This document shows positions 13,524-25,945 of a stretch of 64,000 nucleotides of DNA, one piece after another; position 1 is the first letter of the stretch; each line of letters begins with the position of its first letter. The stretch is from Octopus vulgaris (taxonomy: Eukaryota). The DNA is taken from NCBI GenBank assembly GCA_951406725.2, contig OX597827.1, positions 10,974,001 through 11,038,000 on the forward strand, read 5' to 3'. The position numbers were made by a program, and so were the translations under genes. A model generated the notes under the pieces. That model ran no database searches, was not told the DNA's origin, and saw nothing but the letters and a program-made list of their open reading frames with translations.

Positions 13524-13923
13524 TAAATGAAAGAATGGAGTCGAACGAAGATGTTAACAAAATTCCTTTACTCTCGACACATGTTTCTGCATGAAGTGCA
13601 GTTGGTCTCTTGTTGTTTCAACCTCACTTGTATCACTGGTTTTATAACCGAACACACTGGAAAATGGGTTTATTCCTGCCAATGCTTTATCCACTTAAAT
13701 CCGTGCACTAGAACTCTCAGAATGCTTGCATGGACTTATTGACCTCGTTCAACTCCATTCTTTCATTTATTCATATACAACAGACAAATTTCTACACATG
13801 ACACCGGAGTTTCTACCCTTGACAGGTCGCTTCAACCGTGTTTTCTGACATGAATTTGCTACCCAGGTTTCGGTTAAATGAATTTTCCATGCTGACGATA
13901 AACATAGAATAATTCATTCACCT

Positions 13924-13930
<7 letters not shown>
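13516..13930. mobile_element. Penelope-like element end with a 35-bp inverted repeat and the 3' half of a hammerhead
   Basis: 13516-13550 is inverted at 13743-13777 (2 mismatches); minus strand GAAAC-ATGT-GTC at 13576-13587; flanked by (TA)n. Confidence 0.55.
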
Positions 13931-13959
<29 letters not shown>

Positions 13960-13964
<5 letters not shown>

Positions 13965-14066
13965 TAAATTAGAGACAAAACCACTATTATGCAAATCAAA
14001 CAAAGAAAGACTTAAGCCAATACATAAAATAATTTATATAAATTTAGAAATTTAACAATTATAATA

Positions 14067-14108
<42 letters not shown>

Positions 14109-14536
14109 ATAATAACAAAGGGTAAAATTAATTAATTAAGAAGTAATCAATAATTTCACCAAGTAGAATTCGGCATGAAAAAAGGACCATTTCGTGGTAA
14201 ACTTAAGTAATACTAAATAATTAGGGTTCAGCAAAGATTTGCTTTACCACATACCGAACTTTAGAAATAGCAGCCAAAAAACGCTAGCTATTTCTTCTAC
14301 TTTAAAAAGGGACTCCCAGAAAAACCAAAATACTTGAAAACAATCCACACATATATATTATTCAAATATAAATTAAAAACAGAACACAAAGGATATCTCG
14401 GTACACGTGTTTCAAGCTTTATAAACAATCCGTTATTACATCAGCATATTAATGATATAAAAAATGCCACCTCTGCCACTATCTGGCATATACAGGTGCT
14501 TACACTTATCAAGTATTCACTCTAAATTTACAGTAC
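13960..14536. mobile_element. Penelope-like terminal fragments, related to the 57-kb palindrome element
   Basis: 14360-14460 resembles the left palindrome arm; 14485-14530 matches 57632-57678 (ggcatatacaggtgcttac..ttatcaagtattcac); minus strand GAAAC-ACGT-GTA. Confidence 0.6.
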
Positions 14537-14567
14537 CTACTTACATATATATATATATATATATATA

Positions 14568-15002
14568 TGGCTGTGTGGTAAGAAGCTTGCTTCCAGCCAC
14601 ATAGTTCCATGTTCAGTCCCACTGTGTGGCAACTTGAGCAAATGTCTTCTACTATAGCCTTGGGCTGACCAAAGTCTTGTGAAAGGATTTGGTAGACGGA
14701 AACTGAAAGAAATTATCCTCCAAGGCACAAGACCGAGCAAGGTTATTTATGGAAGACCAGCAGTCACCCATGCATGCCAGCCTCTCCTCTCCATGCCACC
14801 GATGTTGTCCAAGGGAAAGCAAAGGCTGATACAGCTTGGCACAGGTGAAATCACAACTCATTTCTACATCTAAGTGAACTGGAGCAACGTGAAATAAAGT
14901 GTCTTGCTCAAGAACACAACACACAGCCCGGTCCAGGAATCAAACTCACAGCCTTACGATAGCAAGCTTGATGCTCTAACCACTGAGCCAAGTGCTTTCA
15001 CA
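14568..15002. mobile_element. SINE A head (+) fused to SINE C (-)
   Basis: SINE A 5' part runs to about 14710, then the reverse complement of SINE C. Confidence 0.8.
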
Positions 15003-15313
15003 GCGGAAATTAGCTCATTACCAAAGAAGCCCACTTCGTAATCTCAATAAGTCCATGCAAGCATTCTGAGAGTTCTAGTGCACGGATTTAAGTGGATAAA
15101 GCATTGGCAGGAGTAAACCCACTTTCCAGTGATTCAAATGCTAATCAGCCCACAGCTGGGACCCTAACTAGTATTACTACTCCAGGTCAGAGTAAACCTG
15201 GGAGCAATAGTAGATAAGAGATGGTTCCACATTCCTCAAATACCAGGAATTCCTATACTGGGGCCCAGATGCAGTTTAAAGTCATACCCAAGAAATCATA
15301 TTTATATACATAC

Positions 15314-15372
<59 letters not shown>

Positions 15373-15375
<3 letters not shown>

Positions 15376-16632
15376 TCAATCTAGCTAAAACCAAAGTCGT
15401 AATCAGTAGGAAGGTAGACAAATCACAAACGCCTTCAGGTAGATGGCCCTGCTCGATCTGTAGAAAAGGTGTAGGTAGAAACTCTATAAGATGCACCAAG
15501 TGTATGCTATGGACACATAAGAGGTGCAGCAATGTCAAAGGAAGGCTAACTAGGAAGATGGTTTTGTATGTGGCAGATGCTCAGGAACAATAAACACTGA
15601 AAATGCTCTGAGACCAACTTCCGTCACTTTCCAGGGAGAAAAACTAGAAATAGTTGAGAGCTTCCGTTACCTAGGTGACCAAGTCAGCAGCGGAGGCAGG
15701 TGTGCTGAAAGTGTAACTGCTAGAGTAAGAATAGCTTGGGCAAAGTTCAGAGAGCTCTTACCTCTGCTGGTGACAAAAGGCCTCTCACTCAGAGTAAAAT
15801 GCAGACTGTATGATGCGTGTGTACAAACAGCCATGCTACATGGCAGTGAAACATGGGCCGTGACTGCTGAGGATATGTGTAAGCTCACAAGAAATGAAGC
15901 CAGTATGCTCCGATGGATGTGTAATGTCAGTACTCATACTCGACAGAGTGTAAGTACCTTGAGAGAAAAGCTGGACCTAAGAAGCATCAGTTGTGGTGTG
16001 CAAGAGAGACGTTTGCGCTGGTATGGGCATGTGGCGAGAATGGATGAAGATAGTTGTGTGAAAAAGTGCCACACCCTAGCGGTTGAGGGAACCTGTGGAA
16101 GAGGCAGACCCAGGAAAACCTGGGACGAGGTGGTGAAGCACGACCTTCGAACTTTAGGTCTCACTGAGGAAATGACTAGAGACCGAGACCTCCGGAAGTA
16201 TGCTGTGCGCGAGAAGACCTGGCAGGACAAGTGAGACCATAATCCGTGGCCTTCTACATGGGATGGAACCAGCCTACGTATGCATACCTTCCCTTCTTGG
16301 GACACAAAACTCTACTTCTGAAGACCTGTTGAGGCAAGTGAGGATCAGAATCGAAATCGATCAATGGAAATTGCAGCTAAGTTACCAGTGCCGGTGGCAC
16401 GTAAGAGAACCATCCGTTCGTGACCGTTGCCAGCGCCACCCCGACTGGCCTCGTGCCGGTGGCACATAAAAGCACCATCCGTTCGTGTCCGTTGCCAGCC
16501 TCGCCTGGCCCCCGTGCCGGTGGCACGTAGAAGCACCATCCATTCGTGTCCGTTGCACTGGCATCGGCCACGATTCGGATAGTGCTTTTTACGTGCCACT
16601 GGCACGGAAGCCAGTCAAGGCGGCGCTGGCAT
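15373..16632 (+). mobile_element. 5'-truncated RTE-clade LINE; ORF 15770-16234 is the RT C-terminus
   Basis: RLYDACVQTAMLHGSETW...RRLRWYGHVARM...GRGRPRKTW motifs; same family as 7030-8623. Confidence 0.92.
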
Positions 16633-17076
16633 CGTCATTCTAATGTCCACTTTTGTCAAGCTTGCTTGGAGTGGACAAAATTTGCTGGGACAGATTTTCT
16701 ATTGGTATATACGTGTCTTGTTGCCAATTTTCACCTGTTTTCAGGTTAGGAAATATTTCTCCTTGATCAGGAATCTAATCACAGGTGATTGAGAGAAGCC
16801 AGACACTGCTTGCATGAGGGTGACACTTGTTTACGACCATCATGTATTGTCAAAGGTCAAAGTAAGGATACACTAAAACACAGACTTATGCTCATGCACT
16901 TGAGAAAACATAAAAAACCACACACACACACAAATTGACATGTACACACATCATATATATATATATATATATATATATTTAATGTAGGATAAAATTTTTT
17001 TGGGTAATGGACAACATGTCCAATTTTCAGCATATTTGGCATTAGGAATTTTTTTCGTTTGCCCTTATTTATAAGT

Positions 17077-17084
<8 letters not shown>

Positions 17085-17107
<23 letters not shown>

Positions 17108-17237
17108 ATACACAGATGTATATATATATATACATTTATAATGTAATATGAATATATATATATATATATATATATACATGAATATGTATGCGTGTGTATC
17201 CACGCATATGTATATATATCATATATATATATATATG

Positions 17238-17316
<79 letters not shown>

Positions 17317-17478
17317 ATGTATGCATACATGTATGTATGTATGTATACACACACACATATATATATGTGTATATACACATGCACACACACATATAAATAT
17401 TATATAAATCCACATGTTTAAGAAGAAAAAGAAAACAAGCAATAACAAGCATAAGGAATGTATGAGCATATATGTGTG

Positions 17479-17522
<44 letters not shown>

Positions 17523-17686
17523 TGCATATACAACATTTCACGATACACAAACGCGCATGTAAACATACATTTAAACATTCATAAAGTTCTATAAGGAAGA
17601 GGAACAGTTAAAAAAAATGTCGATCAAGCAGAGACAGACTGGCAGACGGACAAACAGACGAAGATGTGTGTGTGTGTGTGAGTGAG

Positions 17687-17722
<36 letters not shown>

Positions 17723-17859
17723 TCAGACAGCAGTCCAACAGTTAGACATGACAGAATGACAAGAGATGTGGTGATAGAAAGTATGATGAGAGGAGTGTGA
17801 CGGATAACTGCATAGTGAGCTCAATTGATTGGGTTTTCAAATGCGTTCTCAACATGGCA

Positions 17860-17895
<36 letters not shown>

Positions 17896-18028
17896 TGATG
17901 TATGTGGAGAGATGTGGTGACACAAGAGTAGCTCCTACATACTTCTGTTTGGCTGTTGGTGGTGGCTTGGGAAAATAGGGTAGGTTTGTGTGTGCGTATG
18001 TGTGCTTATATATATATGTGTGTGTGTG

Positions 18029-18070
<42 letters not shown>

Positions 18071-18459
18071 TGCATTTGTATGAGATAGGGTCTGTACTTT
18101 TGCATGTATGTACTTTGTGCGTTTGTGTGTCTCTGTGTGTGTGCGTGCGTCTGTGTGCATCTGTGTGTGTGTGTGTGTGTGAAAGAATGTATGTGTTATT
18201 GTGCATGTGTGCTTATATATATATGTGTGTGTTTGTGTATGTATATATATATATATGTGGGTATATATATAGATGCATTTGTATGAGATAGGGTCTGTAC
18301 TTTTGTATGCATGTGCTTTGTGCGTTTGTGCATCTGTGTGTGAGAGCAAGCATTTGTGTGTGTGAGTATGTTTGTGTGTGTGTGTGCGTGTGTGTGAAAG
18401 AGTGTGTGTGTGTGTGCATGTGTGTGTTTATATATATATGTGTGTGTGAGTGCATGTAT

Positions 18460-18498
<39 letters not shown>

Positions 18499-20371
18499 TG
18501 CATTTGTATGAGATAGGGTCTGTACTTTTGTATGCATGTACTTTTGTGTGTCTGTGTGTGTGAGAACGTTTGTGTGTCTGTGTGTGAGAGCAAGCATTTG
18601 TGTGTGTGAATATGTGAGTATGTGTGTGTGTGTGAGAGCAAGCATGTGTGTGTGTGTGTGGGTGTGGAATAGGGTCTATGTTAGTATGCATGCTCTTCTG
18701 TGCATGCATTTGTGTGTTTGTGAATGTGTGTGAAAAGGAATGCGTGTGTGTAAGAAGGAATGCGTGTTGTGTGTGCGTGTATTTGTGTGTGCTTGTTTGT
18801 GGCATGTATATGAGTTTGCATGTGTGTGTATGTGTATACGCCTGTGAAAATGTATGTGTGTCTGTATGTATGAATATATGCAAGTATGTGTGTAAGCGTA
18901 TGTCCATGTATGTATGCATACGTTTATGTCAGCATATGTATATGTATTTATGTATATATGTGTGCATGTGTACATGTGTGTATGTATGCATACTTGTGAG
19001 TATGTGTGTATGTGTATATGTGTATGTATGCATACATGTATGTGTGTATGTCTATATATGTGTATGCATGTATAGGTATATGCATGACTATGTGTATGTG
19101 TATATGTGTGTATGTGTATATGTGTGTATGTATGCATACTAGTTAGTATGTGTGTATGTGTATATGTGTATGTATGCATACATGTATGTGTGTATGTCTA
19201 TATATGTGTATGCATGTATATGTATATGCATGACTATGTGTATGTGTATATGTGTGAATATATGTGTATGTATGCATACACGTGACCATGAGTTTATGTG
19301 TGTGTATGTATGCATACCTGTATGTGAGTCTGTATGTATATATGTTTGTATTCATGCACACATGTGAGTATGAGTGTATGTGTGTATGTATATATGTACG
19401 TACGTATGTAAGCACATGTGTGAGTATATATGTATGTTTGTGTATGTATGTATGTATGTATGGGTACATGAGAGTATGTGTATACCTGTGTATGTCTACA
19501 GGGTATATGATTATATGTACACGTGTGTGTATGTATAAATGTGCATATATGTATATGCATATAAGAGTGCATGCATGCACATGCAAATGTCAAAGTGTTT
19601 CCATGTATGTATATGTAAGTGTATATATGCGTGTGTATGTATGTGTAGATAATTCTGTATACATTAATGTATGTATATGAATGCATGTATGAGCATGTGT
19701 ATACTTGGATGCCTGTGTGAGTGTTTACCCATGCCTATATGGATGTATGTGTGTGTAAAATTTGTGTATGTTCATGTGTGCTCGTGTGTGTATATGTGTG
19801 TATGTATGTATGTATGTGTGTGTATATGTATTTATGTATGTGTATGTGTGCATGCATGTGTATGTATGTTTTGCACATGTGTTCTGCATGTGTTGTGTTC
19901 ATATATATTTATTGTGTATTGTGCACGTGTTGTGTGTATGTGTGCATGTTCATGTATGTGTGCTTGCTTGTATGAGTGTGTGTGTGTGTGCATTGTGTGT
20001 GTGCTGTACATTTGTTGTCTGTGTATGTGTGCAATCATGAATGTGTGTGTGTGTTTGTATATGTGTGTATGTGTGTGTGTGTGCATGGTCAGGTATGTAT
20101 GTATGTGCAGACATACCTGTGTGTGTGTGTGTTTATGAGCACTTGTGTCTGTACGTGTGCATTCATGCACGTGTGTGTGTGTTTGTATGCATGTGAGCAA
20201 ATGTGTATGTGTGCATGTGTGCATGTGTGTGTGTGTGTGTGTTTGTGCATGGGCATATATGTGTATGTGTGTGCGTGTCTGTGTGTGTGTGTTTATATGC
20301 ACTTGTGTGTGTATGTGTCCATTCATGTATGTGTGTGTGATTGTATGCATGTGAGCACATATATGTGTGTG

Positions 20372-20406
<35 letters not shown>

Positions 20407-20790
20407 ATGGTCATGTATGTATGTGTAGGCATGCCTGTGTGTGTGTGTTTATATGCACTTGTGTGTGTGTGTGTGTGTGTGTGTGCGCATTCATGTATGA
20501 GTGTGTGTTTGTATGCATGTGAGCATGTGTGTATGTTCATGTATGTGTGTGCATGTTTGTGTGTGTTTGTGCATGGTCATGTATGTACGTATGTCTGTTC
20601 ATGCCTGTGTGTGTGTGTGTGTGTGTGTGTTATATGCACTTGTGTGTGTATGTGTGTATGTGTGCATTCATGTATGTGTGTGTTAGTATGCATGTGAGCA
20701 CGTGTGTGAGTGCATGTGTGTATGTTCATATATGTGTGTGCATGTGTGTGTGTGTATGTGTGTGTGTGTGTGCGTGTGTGTGTGTACGCA
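17085..20790. repeat. Long cryptic (TA)/(TG)/(TATG) simple-repeat domain with internal duplications
   Basis: Directly visible; agatgcatttgtatgagatagggtctgtactttt occurs three times. Confidence 0.95.
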
Positions 20791-21309
20791 CTCACGTCTA
20801 CACACCTACACATCGCAGTGTTGGATGGATTGAGAAAAATCAGTCATTCAGCAGCAGAGAACTGGGTGGATGTGAAGGTAGAAATAATGGAAGGTGTGTC
20901 ATGTGCTTATGTTGGTGAAAGAATCATTCATGCAGCAGTAGTAGTGAGACAGATAAAGAGAAAGAAAGAGAGAGAGAGAGAGAGAAAGTGTTTATGTGTG
21001 AGACAGACATAGGGAGGAGGAGGAGGATGGCAACAAAGCACAGTAAAAGTGGTGGCAGTGGCGGAGGTGATAATGGTGATGGGGGGGAGAATACAGTCAT
21101 TCATGCAGTGAAAACCCAGATTGTAAATTTGCCTTGAGATTATTTCATTTAGAAGTTGTGGTGAAGTTTAATTGACAAGATCTCAATTTCTATCATCATC
21201 ATCATCATCATCATCATCATCGTCATCGTCGTCATCATCTTCATCCTCCTCCTCCTCCTCATCATCATCATTATTATTACTATTATTATTATTATTATTA
21301 TTATTCTTA

Positions 21310-21790
21310 CAGAGTCATTAGCACGTTGGGCGAAATTCTTAGCGGTATTTCGTCTGTCGTTACGTTCTGAGTTCAAATTCCGCCGAGGTCGACTTTGCCT
21401 TTCATCCTTTCGGGGTCGATAAATTAAGTACCAGTTACGCACTGGGGTCAATGTAATCGACTTAATACCTATGTCTGTCCTTGTGTATCCCCTCTATGTT
21501 TAGCCCCTTGTGGGTAATAAAGAAATAGGTATTTCGTCTGTCGCTATGTTCTGAGTTCAAATTTGATTGAGGTCGACTTTGCCTTTCATCCTTTTGGGGT
21601 CGATAAATTAAGTACCAGTTGAGTACTGAGGGTGATATAATTGACTTACCCCTCTCCCAAATTTCAGACCTTGTGCCTGAATTATTATTATTGTTATTAT
21701 TATTATTTAGGTGGTGAGCTGACAGAATCAATAACATGCCGGATAAAATGTGTTGCAGTATTTCGTCTATCATTACGTTCTGAGTTCAAA
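21310..21790 (+). mobile_element. Tandem SINE family B copies
   Basis: Successive ttctgagttcaaatt heads. Confidence 0.85.
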
Positions 21791-21822
21791 ATTCTGCTGG
21801 GTTCAACTTTGCCAGTAGTTGT

Positions 21823-22208
21823 AGGTGCAGGAGTGGCTGTGTGGTAAGTAGCTTGCTAACCAACCAGTCCCACTACGTAGCATCTTGGGCAAGTGTCTTC
21901 TGCTATAGCCCCGGGCCGACCAATGCCTTGTGAGTGGATTTGGTAGACGGAAACTGAAAGAAGCCTGTCATATATATATATATATATGTGTGTGTTTGTG
22001 TGTCTGTATTTGTCCCACTAGCATTGCTTGACAACCGATGCTGGTGTGTTTATGTCCCCGTCACTTAGCGGTTTGGCAAAAAGAGACCGATAGAATGAGT
22101 GCTGGGCTTACAAAGAATAAGTCCCGGTGTCGAGTTGCTCGACTAAAGGCAGTGCTCCAGCATGGCCGCAGTCAAATGACCGAAACAAGTAAAAGAGTAA
22201 AAGAGAGA
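21823..22208 (+). mobile_element. SINE family A
   Basis: Matches other copies; small deletion in the head. Confidence 0.9.
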
Positions 22209-22335
22209 GTTTGTCTTTCATCCATTTGGAGTCGATAAAATAAGTACCAGTAAAACACTGGGGCCGATGTAATTGACTAGACATCTTTCCTAAAAATTTT
22301 AGGCCTTGTGCCTATCATAGAAAGGATTATTATTA

Positions 22336-22557
22336 AGGCAGTGAGGTGGCAGAATCATTAGTATGCCAGGAAAAATGCTTAGCAGTATTTCATCTGTCTT
22401 TATGTTCTGAGTTCAAATTCCGCCAAGGTCGACTTTACCTTTCATCCTTTTGGGGTCTATAAAATAAGCACCAGTGAAACACTGGGGTCAATGAAATTGA
22501 TTAGTCTCCTCCCACAAAATTTCAGGCCTTGCGTCTCTAGTAGAAAGTATTATTATA

Positions 22558-22612
<55 letters not shown>

Positions 22613-22941
22613 TGTCACTAACTCCGTTACTTGGCTTCAAGAGTCATTGATTAAAATGGTGGGTGCATGCTGGGGTATCACGTTTTAAAGGCATTCTTTT
22701 GGTCCATTATATTTTAGCGAGCTGGCAGAACCGTTAGCACGCCGGACGAAATGCGTAGCCGTATTATGTCTGTCGTTACGTTCTGAGTTCAAATTCCGCC
22801 GAGGTCCACTTTGCCTTTCATCCTTTCGGGGTCGATAAATTAAGTACCAGTTATGCACTGGGGTCGATGTAATTGACTTAATTCGTTCGTCTGTTCTTGT
22901 TTGTCCCCTCTATGTTTAGCCCCTTGTGGGTAATAAAGAAA
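22336..22941 (+). mobile_element. Two SINE family B copies (22336-22550, 22717-22941)
   Basis: Homology to 12270-12507. Confidence 0.85.
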
Positions 22942-23418
22942 CATATATTTTAGCAACTACTACTGCTATTCCTTTTTGTTGTGTCTGGCACTTATTTTTA
23001 TTGATCCTTAGTCAAGAATCTATTGAATTGAATTATGGGTCATAGGCACGTGTTGTGGCTGTGCAGTAAGCAGTGTTTTCGAAACAAACATTCGTGGGTT
23101 TCGGTGCCACTTCCTGACACCTTGGGTAAGTGCCTTTCATTATAGCTCTGGGCCAGTCAAAACTTTGTGAGTGAATTTGCTAGATGGAAACTGAAAGAAG
23201 CCAAATGTTTGTATATATATATACATATATGAGTGTGTATGTAAGTGTGTGTGTGTGTGTACGTGCACATATATATATATACATATATGTGTGTGGATAA
23301 TATATAGATGGATAGATAGACAGATAAAGAGAGAGAGAGAGAGAGGGGGGAGAAAGATATATATATACACACACACATATACATACATATATATATATGT
23401 ATGTATACATATATACAT

Positions 23419-23746
23419 GTGAAGGCACATGGCTCAGTGGTTAGAGCGTCGAGCTTACGATCGTGAGGTTGTGAGTTCGAATCCCGGACCGGGCTGCATG
23501 TTGTGTTCTTGAGCAAGACAATTTATTTCATGTTGCTCCAGTTCCCTCAGCTGTAGAAATGATTTGCAGCATCACAGGGGCCAATCTGTATCGGCTTTCC
23601 TCGGATAACACTGGTGGCATGGAGATGGGAGGCCAGTATGCATGGGCGACTGCTGGTCTTCCATAAACAACCTTGCCCGGACTTGTGCCTGGGAGGGTAA
23701 CTTCCTAGGTGCAATCCCATGGTCATTCATGACCGAAGGGGGTCTC
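23419..23746 (+). mobile_element. SINE family C, full length
   Basis: tRNA-like head tggctcagtggttagagc...gagttcgaatccc. Confidence 0.9.
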
Positions 23747-23833
23747 AGCATGCTTATGCCTGTCTCTCTCTGAGACTGAAACCGGTACTGAAATGTTTTT
23801 TATAAAATTAATTTAGCATTTTCTAATAGAAAT

Positions 23834-23997
23834 AGGCGCAGGAGTGGCTGTGTGGTAAGTAGCTTGCTTACCAACCACACGGTTCCGGGTTCAGTCCCAC
23901 AGCGTGGCATCTTGGGCAAGTGTCTTCTGCTATAGCCCCGGGCTGACCAATGCCTTGTGAGTGGATTTGGTAGACGGAAACTGAAAGAAGTCTGTCG

Positions 23998-24030
<33 letters not shown>

Positions 24031-24242
24031 GCGTGTGTTTGTGTGTGTGTGTTTGTCCCCCTAGCATTGCTTGACAACCGATGCTGGTGTGTTTACATCC
24101 CCGTCACTTAGCGGTTCGGCAAAAGAGACTGAGAGAATAAGTACTGGGCTTACAAAGAATAAGTCCTGGGGTCGATTTGCTCAACTAAAGGCGGTGCTCC
24201 AGCATGGCCGCAGTCAAATGACTGAAACAAGTAAAAGAGTAA
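23834..24242 (+). mobile_element. SINE family A, full length
   Basis: ggcgcaggagtggctgtgtgg...gaaacaagtaaaagag. Confidence 0.93.
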
Positions 24243-24300
24243 ATATTCTTTTAAAAAAACTTTTCTTTTAATTTTTCTAAATTTAATTATTTAATTGTTA

Positions 24301-24336
24301 CAGTTGAAAAAGTCTCAATGACTGAAACCGGTACTG
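24301..24336 (+). ncRNA. Degenerate minimal type I hammerhead ribozyme
   Basis: cag-TTGAAAA-agtc(tcaat)gact-GAAAC-CG-GTA-ctg; two substitutions versus CUGANGA; partial copy at 23762-23790. Confidence 0.5.
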
Positions 24337-24439
24337 AAAGGTTTTTTATAAAATTATTTTAGCATTTTCTATCTTGACTTTTTTTTTCCATATATATGTA
24401 TATAGTTAATCCAAACATGCTTTTTACAATTATGTGTGT

Positions 24440-24479
<40 letters not shown>

Positions 24480-25582
24480 ACACATATATATATATATATG
24501 TACACACACATAATTGTAAAAAGCATTGTGCCATGTGAAAAGCACCCTGTACACTCTGTCAAGTGATTGGTGTTAGGAAGGGCATCCACCCTATAAACCA
24601 AGCTATAACAGACTATGGGACCCGGCATGGCCCCAAACCTTGCCAGCTTCTGTCAAGCTGTCCACCACATACAGAAGTTAAATGATGATGATGATGATGA
24701 TGGTAATGATGATGTTATATAGAGTTTAATAAGTCATATAGCACAGACCTGGTTGTTTTCTGGTAAAGCATGTACCCTGTCCCAGTATTTGTCGGGTATG
24801 TAGTGATCAATAAAGGTTCTCATAGCTTCCATCTTCCGTTCTCTCTTATTTATCACACTCTCACATACACACACATGTGCGCGCTCGCACGCACATACAC
24901 ACACATCCATATATGGATGTCTTTGTGTTTGGTCTAAGTTTGTTCCTTGCTGCTGCTTAGCAACCAATGTTGGTTTGTTTACATTCCTGTACTTTTATGG
25001 TTTGGCAAAAGAGACTAATAAAATAAGCACCAGCCTTAAAAAATAAGTATTGAAATTTGATTTATTTGACAAAACCCTTCCAGTTAGTGCCCCAACATGG
25101 TCACAGTTCAAATGACTCAAACAAGTAAAATAAAATAAAATAAATTGTCTGTGTTGTCAATTTTAATTGACAAAATATTGTCAACTTTAATTGACTAGGT
25201 TTTTGGAATTTAATTTACCAAGATATTGTCAACTTGAAATTACCAACAGTCAACTTTAATTGACCATTTTCCGTCAATATTTGCCGTCAATATTCAGTTA
25301 TCAGGTAATTCTTTTACTCTTTTATTTAAAAAAACATTTTTTATTCTTTTACTTGTTTCAGTCATTGGACTACAGTCAGGCAGGGGTACTGCTTTAAAGG
25401 ATTTTTAGTCAAACGAATCACCCCCACCCAATACTCTTTTTTTCCTAAGACCAGTACTTATTCTATCAGTCTCTTTTTCTGAACTGCTAAGTTACATACA
25501 AAAACCAATATCAGTTGCCAAAGAGGGGTCAGGAACAAATACATGCTCAATGACATGTGCACATTGATATATACTATATACA

Positions 25583-25759
<177 letters not shown>

Positions 25760-25945
25760 TGATAGATCGTTAGCCACTACACACATTTTTTTTCTCTCCT
25801 TGTTTTTTCTGTGTCCCTTTTTGTAGAAGAGCATAGGCTCAAAACGTAAAAGACTTTTTCTATTCCTGAGTGTTATACTAATACATCTGCTTGTTTTGTA
25901 CACCACCTGTCTTCGTCTTTTGTTTTTTTTCGTAAACTCTCCCTA
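25760..25945 (+). mobile_element. Short element embedded in (TA)n with a degenerate hammerhead-like fold
   Basis: cttt-TTGTAGA-A-gagc(atag)gctc-AAAAC-GTA-aaag at 25817-25852. Confidence 0.4.

Noticed and set aside
23419-23495. tRNA gene
   Set aside because: The tRNA-like head continues directly into a multi-copy SINE body, so it is not a standalone tRNA.
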